Assembly (NCBI RefSeq): GCF_036588685.1
Contig: NC_086385.1
Location: 54,149,216-54,213,215, forward strand
DNA length: 64,000 nt
From: Mytilus trossulus
Lineage: Eukaryota
Direction of reading: 5' to 3'
In this document: in pieces, positions 15,401-25,045 of the stretch
Layout: every line of letters starts with the position of its first letter
Position numbering within the stretch: the first letter of the stretch is position 1
Made by a program: the position numbers and the translations under genes
The notes under the pieces: model-generated
What the model saw: the letters and a program-made list of their open reading frames with translations, nothing else
Databases searched by the model: none
What the model was told of the DNA's origin: nothing

Positions 15401-16438
15401 ATGGTTCATTGGTCTTTGTTTAGTTATCTTGGTTAATATTAAGTTTATGTGACAGTTTTGAATAAGCTTTATACTTCATGTGTACTTAGGACTATCAACA
15501 TAATATCAATGATTAGTAAAGAAGGCGAGACATTTCAGCGTGTGCACTCTTGTCTTCTGAATTTTCTTATTGTGACGTCATAAAAAAAGGCGACTATGCC
15601 TGATGATGTGACATCAAAAGAACACAACTTTCCTCAAATCTTTGAAAAGGAAGATAAAAATCATACGAGAAACAGATGCCACCATTGTAACTCGTGTGTT
15701 ACAATATTTCTCCAGTCTCAACAGATAAATTTTAATTATTTAAAAAACTCCTCAAGCCTCACGCTTTCAATTTTATAATTTAACTGTCTCAAGCGGAGAA
15801 ATATCGTAATACACTTGATGCAGTTGTGAAATCTATATGTCTATACATATATTAAAGTCAAAGTTGTCCTGATTTTATAAAAGTTGTGTATGAATTTGGA
15901 TAGGCCAATAAATTATACCAAGGGGCAATAAGAATTAAGTCCTATGAAAACAAAACACCATGGTCAACCTGAAAAAAAGAAAAAGTAAAAAAACAGCTGA
16001 CAATATGCTACTTAGGAAAATGAAGAAAAAATACCTGAACTCGACCAAACACCAGGACAAAATACTTCTCCAAAAACTAGAGATTGAGCTACACGAATCC
16101 CATCAGAAATCTGTCTCACTATGTCACAAAATAATACAAATAAAAAACACTTCCATCAAGAATAATCACCAAAAAGCAAAAATACAAAAAATAGATGCTC
16201 ATAGGTGAATATTGTACAGTGACCTACAGTTGTAAATGTCGATGTTATTTGGTCTCTATTGGAGAGTTGTCTTATTGGTAATTATACCACATCCTTTATT
16301 TTTATATTTATATTTCAGCCAAACGATGATACATTGATTCAAGTGGAGCCAGATAATACACATATAATATGTAATGGAGAAGAGACTGTCAGGATTAAGA
16401 TTAGAGACGCTTTGTTAAAATGCTTGAAGAAAATCTGA
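380..16438 (+). CDS. INTS9: Integrator complex subunit 9, 3' part (12 coding exons; 5' exons lie upstream of the window)
   Basis: AG/GT-bounded exons join in frame: 380-491, 1213-1393, 2104-2164, 3395-3437, 3996-4124, 6070-6125, 7912-8061, 11142-11228, 11950-12048, 13547-13666, 13941-14000, 16319-16438(TGA). Translation ([15 protein letters not shown]...[12 protein letters not shown]...[24 protein letters not shown]...YCPIDT...[12 protein letters not shown]) is colinear with the metazoan INTS9 beta-CASP and C-terminal region as I recall it. Confidence 0.95.
1213..1393 (+). CDS. INTS9: INTS9 exon ([17 protein letters not shown]...IFAEW)
   Basis: ttttcag| acceptor, TG|gtaagt donor; inside ORF 1134-1397. 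Confidence 0.95.
2104..2164 (+). CDS. INTS9: INTS9 exon ([20 protein letters not shown])
   Basis: tgtag| acceptor, GAG|gttagt donor. Confidence 0.9.
2606..3066 (+). mobile_element. Helentron-associated/HINE-like non-autonomous element
   Basis: T-run start, 5' hairpin (atgcccc...ggggcat), (CGTT)n microsatellite, internal tandem core repeats, subterminal ggggcat and short 3' hairpin; related copy at 45422-45680. Confidence 0.6.
3395..3437 (+). CDS. INTS9: INTS9 exon ([14 protein letters not shown])
   Basis: ttttag| acceptor, G|gtaaga donor; phases match both neighbours. Confidence 0.85.
3996..4124 (+). CDS. INTS9: INTS9 exon ([23 protein letters not shown]...IIFT)
   Basis: tttcag| acceptor (a duplicate acceptor lies 60 nt upstream), G|gtttgt donor. 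Confidence 0.9.
5538..5700. mobile_element. MITE with ~60-bp terminal inverted repeats (TIRs)
   Basis: gaataacagtactgtagttgaagagttgccaccgtc... is mirrored by ...gacggtggcaactcttcaactacagtactgttattc. Confidence 0.75.
6070..6125 (+). CDS. INTS9: INTS9 exon ([19 protein letters not shown])
   Basis: ttccag| acceptor, AGA|gtaagt donor. Confidence 0.9.
6134..6587 (+). mobile_element. HINE-like element
   Basis: aaccggattt...aaatccggtt subterminal inverted repeat, GC-rich microsatellite, two tandem core repeats. Confidence 0.55.
7303..7420. mobile_element. Small palindromic MITE
   Basis: gagtcgatttcac...tacgactaagattggtcgtaagt / acttacgatcagtcttagtcgtaag...gtgaaaccgactc inverted arms. Confidence 0.6.
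7912..8061 (+). CDS. INTS9: INTS9 exon ([24 protein letters not shown]...FVINW)
   Basis: ttacag| acceptor, TGG|gtaagt donor. Confidence 0.9.
8020..8920 (+). repeat. 17 x 53-bp tandem repeat made of the INTS9 exon end plus its splice donor
   Basis: Unit ccagtatcaatgccacataaaacagaatttgtcattaattgggtaagttaaat; 901 bp = 17 units, nearly identical. Confidence 0.97.
9178..9989 (+). mobile_element. HINE/DINE-1-like element, nested in a TA-flanked repeat (~8980-10170)
   Basis: tttttagctca...hairpin ggcccgaagggcc...(CGT)-rich microsatellite...ggtgagc subterminal repeat and 3' hairpin ctctttagag. Confidence 0.65.
9993..10085 (+). mobile_element. tRNA-derived (SINE-like) segment
   Basis: A-box-like tggtctagcgg and B-box ggttcgaatccc; no clean cloverleaf. 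Confidence 0.5.
11142..11228 (+). CDS. INTS9: INTS9 exon ([29 protein letters not shown])
   Basis: ttccag| acceptor, GAG|gtaatt donor. Confidence 0.9.
11950..12048 (+). CDS. INTS9: INTS9 exon ([33 protein letters not shown])
   Basis: ttttag| acceptor, AAG|gtgaga donor. Confidence 0.9.
12500..13530 (+). mobile_element. HINE-like element interrupted by a MITE
   Basis: ataccccc...gggggtat hairpin, (GTCC/CATC) microsatellite, tandem core repeats. Confidence 0.55.
12641..13220. mobile_element. Spy-like MITE (no TSD, inserted at AAA^TTT)
   Basis: TIRs ggagtagg...cctactcc; flanks are tgaaa| and |tttgg, which rejoin into the host repeat unit without duplication. Confidence 0.7.
13547..13666 (+). 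CDS. INTS9: INTS9 exon ([16 protein letters not shown]...FVEALTK)
   Basis: ttgtag| acceptor, AAG|gtatga donor. Confidence 0.9.
13941..14000 (+). CDS. INTS9: INTS9 exon ([20 protein letters not shown])
   Basis: tgacag| acceptor, CTG|gtaaga donor. Confidence 0.9.
14467..15553 (+). mobile_element. HINE-like element (same family as 42338-43200)
   Basis: tttttgtcgagcctgcaac...(GGC)n, tandem gacctcattttcatggttcagtg core repeats. Confidence 0.65.
16319..16438 (+). CDS. INTS9: INTS9 last coding exon ([20 protein letters not shown]...LKKI*)
   Basis: tttcag| acceptor, TGA at 16436-16438. Confidence 0.9.
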   Translation, partial: PNDDTLIQVEPDNTHIICNGEETVRIKIRDALLKCLKKI

Positions 16439-16534
16439 TATTAAATATGTCATCTAATGTATTTGTTTAATTTTTTTTATCTTTAACATAATTGAATACT
16501 GTCAATTCACAAATTATTAAGTGCATTTACTATT

Positions 16535-17528
16535 GACTTAAGTCGAAAAAGCGAGACATTCTGTCAGCGTCGGCAGCGGGGTCCACAAATATTCACTCTG
16601 TGGTTAAAGTTTTTGAAATTTTAAGAACTTTCTTAAACTAAACTGGATTTCCACCAAACTTGGACAGAAGTTTGTTTGTGATCATAAGATAGTATCCAGA
16701 AGTAAATTTTGGAAAAATAAAATTCCATTTTTACCATATTTTACTAAAAAATGGACTTAGTTTTTCTGCCAGGAAACATAACATTCACTCTAAGTTTAAA
16801 GTTTTTGAAATTTTAATAACATATTTTAACTATCCTGGATTTGTACCAAACTTAGACATAAGCTTGTTTATGATCATAACATAGTATCCAGAAGTAATTT
16901 TTGTTAACAAATATATCCATTTTTTTGTGTATTTTACTTTTAAATGGACTTAGATTTTCTCCAAGGAAACAATGCAGTCTTTTCTACCTCAGGCATAGAT
17001 TACCTTAGCTGTATTTGGCAAAACATTTAGGACTTTTGTCCTCAATGCTTGCCTTTTTAATTTTTTTGGATTCGAACGTCACTGATGAGTCTTTTGTAGA
17101 CGAAACGCGCGTCTGGCATATATACTAAATTAAGTCCTGGTATCTATGATGAGTTAATTCACTCTGTGATTAAAGTTTTTAAAATTTTAATAACTTTCTT
17201 ATACTATTTTGGATTTGTACCTAACTTTGACAGAAGCTTGTTTATGATCAAACGCAAGTATCGAAAGAAAATTCTGTTGAAATTTTGTACCTGTGTATCC
17301 TTATTTTACTTATAAATGGACTTAGTTTTTCTTCCAGTTAACATTACAAACAGTCTGCAGCTAAAAACATTCTGGATTTTTACCAAACTTGGACAGAAGC
17401 TTCTTACAATCAAAAGATATTGTCAAGAGAAATATTTTATTGATTTCATTCCTCATTTTTGTTGAGCATGTGATTAACAGCATAAGTAGACGAGACATTG
17501 GGTTCTGCAGAACCCATAAGAATTTTTT
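16535..17528 (+). mobile_element. HINE-like element (same family as 43206-44260) with a ~170-bp nested repeat at ~16981-17155
   Basis: gtcgaaaaagcgagaca start, ~190-bp core repeats cactctgtggttaaagtttt, 3' gggttc...gaaccc hairpin. Confidence 0.6.
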
Positions 17529-17605
17529 GAAGAATGAACAAAAATGCGAGATTTATTATTGCAATTTCAAGGAACTGTTCATTTATATATATTTATCAGA
17601 TAATC

Positions 17606-17687
17606 CATCTTCGCTAGCCAAGGGTTACGATCCACTCCCGCTGTGAAGAGAGCGGGAGTGGATCGTAACCCTTGGCTAGCGAAGATG
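17606..17687. mobile_element. 82-bp perfect hairpin MITE with 9-bp TSD
   Basis: 37-bp perfect inverted arms (17606-17642 and 17651-17687), 8-nt loop, CAGATAATC on both sides. Confidence 0.9.
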
Positions 17688-19479
17688 CAGATAATCAAAT
17701 GCAAGTTCTTTTTATTGCAATACTCACCCAGTCACATTTATTGGCATTAATAAAAACCACACGATAGTTCCTTTATTTACAGTATATGCACATGTTTTGT
17801 AAATAAGATTGCAATTTAAATTCTCAGTGAATGGTCAGTTGGAAATTTTTATAAATATTTATGTCCACTGTTACAAAGAGCTGGGGGTAACATGGAAATT
17901 AAGATCATTCATTTTTTACTGTGTCTGTGGTCTGTCTGTCTCTCCAATCATGGAACAGGTTTGAAATATTTTAAGGAGTTACTCCTCTTTGGAATATAAC
18001 TTTGCTGTAATTTTCATTGTAAGAGCTAGGGAGCCAATATTTTTGTAGGATTGTTATGAAATGATATTTGCAATGTCTCATAGATGTTCAAATTCAGCTT
18101 TTATAAATGAATAATTTAATTTTGGATGTAACACGTCTTCTGATTGACTGACGTTATTTTGTTATCAGCCCATATACATAATTTAGTCATGTGACCATGA
18201 CGTCATCAACGTTTTTTCACTGTTTTCTAAGGTTTAAATGGAATTTAGTAATTAAATTATAAGAAATGAGTGTGAAATAACATAAAAAATGTGGTGTACA
18301 CTGTAAAATAACCTGTTACGCGCATTATTCAGTGTGCACCAGATTTTTTATGTTATTTCTTCAAAGACAGAAAAAATATTACAGTCATTCCTTAATAGTC
18401 TTCAATATGTTCAAAATCAGCTTTTATCAACCCTTGTTTACAGGAATGTAATCTCAAGCCTAAACTTCATGTCAGAATTTTAAAACTTATACATACCAAA
18501 GGTTGATAAAGTTATTTCCCTTTGAAATATTATCTACTGTGGATTCATAATTATTCGTTGGATACCAGTTTTCATGGGTTTCGTGGGTACAGATGTACCA
18601 AATATTCAAATGTTCAACAAAATTACAAATTTTATATAGGCTTTGTATACTGAGATTGCTAAACCACCTCAATCCTCAAGTTTTCCTCAATCCAAGAAAA
18701 TTGATACACACTAAAATAAATGAATCCACAGTCTATTGAACATTTTATTTACAACACTTTCTTGTCGGACTATGTAATATGGTAACCTTCACAGTATCAA
18801 TTTTACTGCACTAAATGCACAATTTTACTGCACTAGATGCATTATTTTACAGCACAGATGCAAAACTTGATAATTACAGTGAAAAGTAAAATCACAAAAA
18901 TAATGAACTTAGGGGAAAATCAATTTGGAAAGTCCATAATTACATGGAAAAATCAAATAACAAAACATATAAAAAACGAATGGACAAGAACTGTCACATT
19001 CCTGACTTGGTACAGGCATTTTCAAATGTAGAAAATGGTGGACATAAATGCTCTTTTATGAAATAAATATTGATGTTATAATTGAATCAATAATGGTTTA
19101 CTTATTTATTTAGACATCTAAATACTTTTGTTGTTTAGCCTCCGACAAAGGAATAGTTATCAGGTGGCACCACCGGTGTTAACTAACATCTTAGAAGCAA
19201 AATATTAAAGAAGGTAGATGACCTGGATGTTTCATACTTTGTATATAGATCATTGTATGGAATGATTGTAAGGTGGACATGAATTTCTGGTTTAGCTTAT
19301 AAGACCATGATGACAGGGTCCTAATATTCCTGGATCATGATCAGTTAATGTTTAACAGATGCAAATTTAAGTTTATTACACAAGTAATCCCTGGAGCAGC
19401 CCCTCTGATGCAGTCAGTGAGTCCCCTCTGATTCTAATTTCCGGATCCGCCATTGAAAAAAGTTTTTGAATTGTAAACC

Positions 19480-19688
19480 TTTCTTATAGAGAATTTCCTT
19501 ATTGAGATGTAGCATGAGAGTTTTCATCCCTTATTTGGATTTAGCATGTGGGGATTCCCTTATAGAGATTTAGCATGAGAGGTTTCCCTTATAGAGATGT
19601 ATAATGTGGGGGTTCCCTATTTGAGATTTAGCATGAGAAGTTTCCCTAATGGAAATGTAGCGTGAGGGGATTCCCTTATAGAGATAAA
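19480..19688 (+). repeat. 29-bp satellite, left part (host of the Maverick insertion)
   Basis: Units resembling gagatgtagcatgagaggtttcccttata. Confidence 0.9.
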
Positions 19689-19845
19689 AGTAGTATATAT
19701 TGTGTGGCAGCAGCAAATATTTTTGCCACGTTGACAAAAATTTTGCCCCCGTCAGCAAAAATTGCATAATATATTTGTTGGATAATATCAAAATATTGAT
19801 TTTTAATTTGTAAAATATAAAAGAATGTTTTTATTTTTTTTTTCA
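19689..19845 (+). repeat. Left TIR (55 bp perfect, ~150 bp clearly alignable, patchy similarity to ~20169)
   Basis: Reverse complement of ~38015-38168. Confidence 0.9.
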
Positions 19846-20080
19846 CTGCATTAAACAATTTTAATGCATTACCAATCAATTTAACATTGTTGATATGCTG
19901 GATATGGAAGTAGTAAAAGTAAATGGAACATTTAAAAAAAAATTTCATTTCATTAAACAATTTAACGCATTACCAATCATTTAAATTGTTGATATGCTGG
20001 ATATGGAAGTAGTAAAAGGAACATTTAAAACAATTTGAGAGCTTTAATTTGATAAAAGTTTAATTGGTAAATATAATAAT

Positions 20081-20122
20081 TAACCCTAACCCTAACCCTA
20101 ACCCTAACCCTAACCCTAACCC
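20081..20122 (+). repeat. (TAACCC)7 telomeric repeat
   Basis: Seven perfect TAACCC units. Confidence 0.97.
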
Positions 20123-20169
20123 AAACAAAAATATCATACATTATAAATTATTATTATTATTAATAAAAC

Positions 20170-20526
20170 ATGGATGAGATAGAATCATGTGAAAATATAG
20201 CCAGACTTGATAACATATTCGATATAATATATGCAAAGTCAGTTTTTGACATTCTGAAGAAGGAAAATCAAGTGGAACACATAAGTGGAGGAAATGCATG
20301 GGATTTTTTTTATCAAGTAGAAACAGATAAAGTGTACACCGATTTTGTTAATTTAGTCAGACAATCAAATATTCCAGATAATGTGAGAGTCTACTATCAA
20401 CTTACATTTTTACAATCAACAGATTGGAAAAATACTATATTGAAAACACCGCACAGAGCATCTCGCATAATAGATAAAGTTGAAAAAATGATAGATTTGG
20501 AACCTATTTTTAACAATGGAAAATGA
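20170..20526 (+). CDS. Maverick ORF1, hypothetical protein (118 aa)
   Basis: ATG-initiated, overlaps the integrase start by 11 nt; no family recognised. Confidence 0.7.
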   Translation: MDEIESCENIARLDNIFDIIYAKSVFDILKKENQVEHISGGNAWDFFYQVETDKVYTDFVNLVRQSNIPDNVRVYYQLTFLQSTDWKNTILKTPHRASRIIDKVEKMIDLEPIFNNGK

Positions 20527-21670
20527 TGATTTAGATGAAAAACTTAGGAATGTATATTACAATACAGCAAATGGGGGAGCATACCTAAGTGCTGAAAAAA
20601 TTTATCAAACGTTGAAGACATCAAGAGATGGAAATGTACCAAGCGTATACAAGATCAGGAAATGGATGGAAAAAATAGACGACTACAATTTACAAAAACC
20701 TGTAAAACGTAGAATTAAAAGAGTGAAAATAATTGTATCGGAACCGTATGAGCAATACGATGCTGACCTTATGGATGTATCCAACATACAGAAATATAAC
20801 AATAAGACACGTTTCCTGTTGGTTGTTATCGATATTTTCACACGGTTTTTATGGATTTATCCATTAAAAAACAAGTTTGGGAAGACAGTAGCTGATGCAT
20901 TTGAAAAAATCTTCAAACATGGTAAAATCCCTTTGAAGGTTTCCACAGATGCGGGAACTGAATTCAAAAACAAAGATTTGAAACGTGTGTTTAAAAAATA
21001 TGACATTTACCATCATGTCTATTTAAATTCCGACAGTAGTAAAGCGTCAATAGCAGAGAGGGTCAATTTGACATTTCGGAGGATGATGTTCCGATATTTT
21101 ACAAAGCATAGAACTTATAGCTATCTCAATGTTCTACAAAATTTGGTAGCAAGTTATAATGCAACGCCACATAGAAGTTTAAATAATACAGCTCCAAAAG
21201 ATGTGAATGAGAAAAACAAATATGATTTGTGGGCATATATGTATATTAAAACTCCACCCAAAGAAAAACGAATCAGAGAAAAGAAAGAAACATTAAAAGT
21301 ACAACGTAAAAGAGGGAAACAGTTTCATTTTAAAATCAATGACATGGTAAGACTGAGCCATTTGAAGAAACCGTTTCAAAGAGCTTATCAGCAACAGTGG
21401 ACCTCCGAAATATTTAAAATATATAGACGATTTCTAATACATGGGAAAATCTTTTATAAAGTACAAGATTTTTTGGACAAGGAAGTTGTAGGCAATTTCA
21501 ATTATACAGAGTTGCAGCGTGTGAAAAAGGAGGCTGACGCATTGTGGTTTGTTGAGAAAGTGCTTAAATGGCGAAGGCGGAATGGTCAACGTGAGGGTTA
21601 TGTAAAATTCCTGGATTGGGATAAACGTTTTTGTCAGTGGATTCCTGAGAGAGATATTGTTGACTTATAA
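20516..21670 (+). CDS. Retroviral-like (rve) DDE integrase with C-terminal chromodomain-like region
   Basis: YDADLMD / VSTDAGTEF / IAERVNLT catalytic motifs; YNATPHRSL; WFVEKVLKWRRRNGQREGYVKFLDWDKRFCQWIPERDI. Confidence 0.95.
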   Translation: MENDDLDEKLRNVYYNTANGGAYLSAEKIYQTLKTSRDGNVPSVYKIRKWMEKIDDYNLQKPVKRRIKRVKIIVSEPYEQYDADLMDVSNIQKYNNKTRFLLVVIDIFTRFLWIYPLKNKFGKTVADAFEKIFKHGKIPLKVSTDAGTEFKNKDLKRVFKKYDIYHHVYLNSDSSKASIAERVNLTFRRMMFRYFTKHRTYSYLNVLQNLVASYNATPHRSLNNTAPKDVNEKNKYDLWAYMYIKTPPKEKRIREKKETLKVQRKRGKQFHFKINDMVRLSHLKKPFQRAYQQQWTSEIFKIYRRFLIHGKIFYKVQDFLDKEVVGNFNYTELQRVKKEADALWFVEKVLKWRRRNGQREGYVKFLDWDKRFCQWIPERDIVDL

Positions 21671-21671
21671 A

Positions 21672-22079
21672 ATGAGCTTTTACATGGTCATTAACAGTAA
21701 CAAAAATTTAGACATTTACCCACATAACAGACCACACAAATTCCGTACATATCTTCAGACGCCAATAGTGATGAAATCAAAATGGAAAGTCGCATTAGTT
21801 GATATTAAATTATCATCAAATAATGATCTATATATATATGCAAACATATGCGGTGATGTAATAGTCGATGGTAACAAACAACCCTTATTGAAGCGAATAT
21901 GTTGCTGCTCTCAAACTGAATACTACCACTTTGATCAACTTGCATACATTCCAGTGGTGAAAAGTGAAATAAGAGACATTGAATTCTTTATTACTGACAT
22001 GCAAGGGAGTCATGCATCATTTTTAAAAAATCCAGTGTCGATTACACTGCACTTCAGGTCGTATCCATACTTTGCATGA
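21672..22079 (+). CDS. Minor capsid protein (penton-like)
   Basis: FYMVINSN...YPHNRPHKFRTYLQTPI...WKVALVDI and C-terminal ITLHFR, as in Polinton/adintovirus penton proteins; position after the integrase. Confidence 0.8.
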   Translation: MSFYMVINSNKNLDIYPHNRPHKFRTYLQTPIVMKSKWKVALVDIKLSSNNDLYIYANICGDVIVDGNKQPLLKRICCCSQTEYYHFDQLAYIPVVKSEIRDIEFFITDMQGSHASFLKNPVSITLHFRSYPYFA

Positions 22080-22546
22080 TAATCATGGAATTGAACAATT
22101 CTCAATATGTGCTAGACCCTAGGACATGGATAATGTACTATGAAAATCTAGCGAATGACAAACATCACAATTCATATCTTAATAATTCATACAGAAGAAC
22201 TATCCAGAGTGGTGGTTCCCTCACTAATTCAGCAGCTAGCTTCATGGAACCAATCACATTACCACAAAGTAAACCACATGCGCAATCACCCATTAAACTT
22301 GTAACACATGCACAGCAGCAGGTGGAAAATGCTAAGTCGGAAATTAGTCGAGCTGTGAAAAAGATAAAACGCAAACGTGGGAAGTTACAAAACAGTAATA
22401 GAAAAAGCCATAGAGGGGAGCAGAAGAAAACGAAAAAGACAAAGAAAGGAGGAAGGAAAAATAAAACAAACAGTAAGAAAGGAAGTGTACAGAGTGTGAA
22501 AAAAAGATTAAAGAATCAGCTAATTGAAAAGGATATTTTCCAGTAA
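22076..22546 (+). CDS. Basic Lys/Arg-rich putative virion core (DNA-binding) protein
   Basis: Very basic C-terminal half; IQSGGS protease-site-like motif; lies between penton and major capsid. Confidence 0.65.
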   Translation: MIIMELNNSQYVLDPRTWIMYYENLANDKHHNSYLNNSYRRTIQSGGSLTNSAASFMEPITLPQSKPHAQSPIKLVTHAQQQVENAKSEISRAVKKIKRKRGKLQNSNRKSHRGEQKKTKKTKKGGRKNKTNSKKGSVQSVKKRLKNQLIEKDIFQ

Positions 22547-22554
22547 AATTCAAA

Positions 22555-23877
22555 ATGGCTAAAATAAATCCTGAAACATTTCATGAGCTGCAACCAAGTC
22601 AGTTGTCTTTATTCAATCTACCAGGTCATCAAACTGCAGTCACAAGAATCACATATGAACATATTCGACCAGCTGCAACTTTTACAAAGACATCGCCAAT
22701 AGAGTTTCACATATCTGGTGGAACAGAGTATCTAGACTTAAGTAAATCAACAATGCATGTACGTCTAAGACTTAAAAGAGGAGATGGAACCATAGCAGAT
22801 AGCAGTGACGTTAATTGCGGGCCTGTGAACTATGTTTTGCATGCATTATTTAATCAAATAGATGTTTTAATTCAAAATAAAATTGTCACATCTTCAACAG
22901 GATTTTACCCTTACAAAGCTTATATGCAAACTTTATTGAAATATGGGAAAGAAGCTAAAGAATCGCAGCTCTCAAGTCAATTATGGATAGACGATCATCA
23001 AGGAACATTGGATGATGCAGATTGTAACACAGGATCAAATCTTGGGCTCTACAGAAGAACAGCATACATAAAAAATGGTAAAACTGTTGATCTTGAAGGA
23101 AACATTTTCCATCCCCTGTTTTCAATGAATCGTTACATATTAAATCAAGTAGGAGTTACTGTGAAATTCTACAGATCGAGACCAGAATTTTATCTAATGT
23201 CGGTTGATGAAGATGCTGATTATTACCTTGAGATTGAAGATATGTATCTATCAATAGCAAAGATCCACGTTCACCCCGGCATTGTATATGGCCACGATTC
23301 TATACTCAGGACAGTAAACGCTAAATATCCCATTGTGCAAAATGATGTTCGCACAATTTCACTTCCAGCTGGTCAAATAAGTTTTAACTTCAACAACATA
23401 TTCCAGAATAATAGACCCAATAAGGTATTGATAGCCTTTACGGGGAGTCAAAACATAGCAGGTGACTACTCACTATGTCCGTGGACATTCAAACATTGCC
23501 ACCTAAGTGAAATAAATCTTAAAGTTGAGGGAGTGCCAGTTTCCGGGAATCCTGTCAGAGTAAAATTTGACTCGTCAAGTGGAGAATCATCCATTGTTGC
23601 ATTTCGCAATCTATTTGAGGTTGCTGGGAAAACTCTGCAAGACTGTGGTAATGGATTAAACAGAGACAGTTTTTCTGAAGGATATGCCTTGTATGCCTTT
23701 CAACTGGAACCAATTTTTGAAGGTTTAGATTATTTAACATTGAAAAGGAATGAACGTGTCAATTTGGAATGCACATTTGATTCTCCCCTCACTGAACCAA
23801 CAACTATAATCATTTATAGTGAATTTAGTGGATATTTTGAAATAACTCAAACTCGAGACATCATAATTCAAGAATGA
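22555..23877 (+). CDS. Major capsid protein (double jelly-roll, hexon-like/PY)
   Basis: 440 aa; QLSLF...QTAV...PIEFHISG..EYLDLSKS...LHALFNQIDV...YPYKAY...GYALYAFQL, typical of Polinton major capsid proteins. Confidence 0.9.
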   Translation: MAKINPETFHELQPSQLSLFNLPGHQTAVTRITYEHIRPAATFTKTSPIEFHISGGTEYLDLSKSTMHVRLRLKRGDGTIADSSDVNCGPVNYVLHALFNQIDVLIQNKIVTSSTGFYPYKAYMQTLLKYGKEAKESQLSSQLWIDDHQGTLDDADCNTGSNLGLYRRTAYIKNGKTVDLEGNIFHPLFSMNRYILNQVGVTVKFYRSRPEFYLMSVDEDADYYLEIEDMYLSIAKIHVHPGIVYGHDSILRTVNAKYPIVQNDVRTISLPAGQISFNFNNIFQNNRPNKVLIAFTGSQNIAGDYSLCPWTFKHCHLSEINLKVEGVPVSGNPVRVKFDSSSGESSIVAFRNLFEVAGKTLQDCGNGLNRDSFSEGYALYAFQLEPIFEGLDYLTLKRNERVNLECTFDSPLTEPTTIIIYSEFSGYFEITQTRDIIIQE

Positions 23878-24341
23878 ACACTATGCAATTGGAGTGTATG
23901 ATTAATTGTGATGAACTAATGAAGGATAAAATTGTTGGTATATTTGCAGCAGATCAGATACCTAAGATAGTGAGAAATCGACCCATGGGATTTATTTGTA
24001 ACACTGAAAATCATTTTGAGAATGGTGCACACTGGATCGCCTTTTTCATAAATGAGGAACGAAGAGGGATATTTTTCGACAGCTTCGCACACTCTCCCGA
24101 TTATTATTCACGTCACTTCTTAAAATTCTTTGAACACAATGCGATATCTCTGGAAATAAATCAAAAACGATTACAGAGTGAGAATTCATCAGTATGCGGT
24201 CAATATTGCATTTTCATCTTATCACTCTTATGTAGAGAGTATGATCTAACTAACATTCACGATTTTTTCAGTGATAATCATCAAGCAAACGACATCTTTG
24301 TTTTCAATGTGATTGGTAAAACCTATTCACACTGCATATGA
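23874..24341 (+). CDS. Adenain-like cysteine maturation protease
   Basis: ICNT...GAHWIAF...FFDSF...LQSENSSVCGQYC (His/Asp/Gln/Cys). Confidence 0.93.
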   Translation: MNTMQLECMINCDELMKDKIVGIFAADQIPKIVRNRPMGFICNTENHFENGAHWIAFFINEERRGIFFDSFAHSPDYYSRHFLKFFEHNAISLEINQKRLQSENSSVCGQYCIFILSLLCREYDLTNIHDFFSDNHQANDIFVFNVIGKTYSHCI

Positions 24342-24403
24342 AAAAGTGTTTAAAATGATGAGACACATGGTAACAATCATCATTCGAGCAAGAGGTGATC
24401 ATC

Positions 24404-25045
24404 ATGAGTTTGGTGAAATTTCAAACACCCATGACTTCAATATGTGTCGGTCCAACGGGTTCAGGAAAAACTACATACATTAAAAGATTATTAGAGAACG
24501 CTCAGGAAATGTTTACAATACCACCTCAGAAGATATACTACTGTTACAGCATATGGCAAGATGTCTTCGATGAATTGAAAAAAACTGTCTCCAACATTTC
24601 ATTTCAACTGGAACTGCCTGATGAAAGTGATTTTCTTGTTGATAAGGATATACACACATTATGGATCATTGATGATAAAATGGATGAAGTAGTGGACTGT
24701 AAACTGATGCAGAAGATTTATTGCGTTTTAAGTCATCACACCTTAACATCAATTATTTTTATACTACAAAATTTATATCAGAAGGGGAAGGTTATGCGAT
24801 CAATCAGTTTGAATTCTCACGTCTTTTTTCTTTTCAAAAATGGTAGAGATTCACTGCAAATACAATCTTTAGCTCGACAAATGTTTCCAGGTCAAGTTCG
24901 CTTTTTCATGGACGTTTACCAACGTGCAATTAGCAGACCATACAATTGCTTGATAGTGGATATAGCACCAGGTTCAAACCCTGAATATCAGTTGCGCGCA
25001 AATCCTTTTCCGGGGGAGGACACGATTGTTTATCAACCAAAATGA
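24404..25045 (+). CDS. A32/FtsK-like genome-packaging ATPase
   Basis: Walker A GPTGSGKTT, Walker B IIDD, ILQNLY, RSISLNSH. Confidence 0.93.
   Translation: MSLVKFQTPMTSICVGPTGSGKTTYIKRLLENAQEMFTIPPQKIYYCYSIWQDVFDELKKTVSNISFQLELPDESDFLVDKDIHTLWIIDDKMDEVVDCKLMQKIYCVLSHHTLTSIIFILQNLYQKGKVMRSISLNSHVFFLFKNGRDSLQIQSLARQMFPGQVRFFMDVYQRAISRPYNCLIVDIAPGSNPEYQLRANPFPGEDTIVYQPK

Noticed and set aside
20081-20122. Chromosome end or telomere-fusion scar
   Set aside because: Only 7 units, internal to an element with intact termini, and mirrored at the other end.
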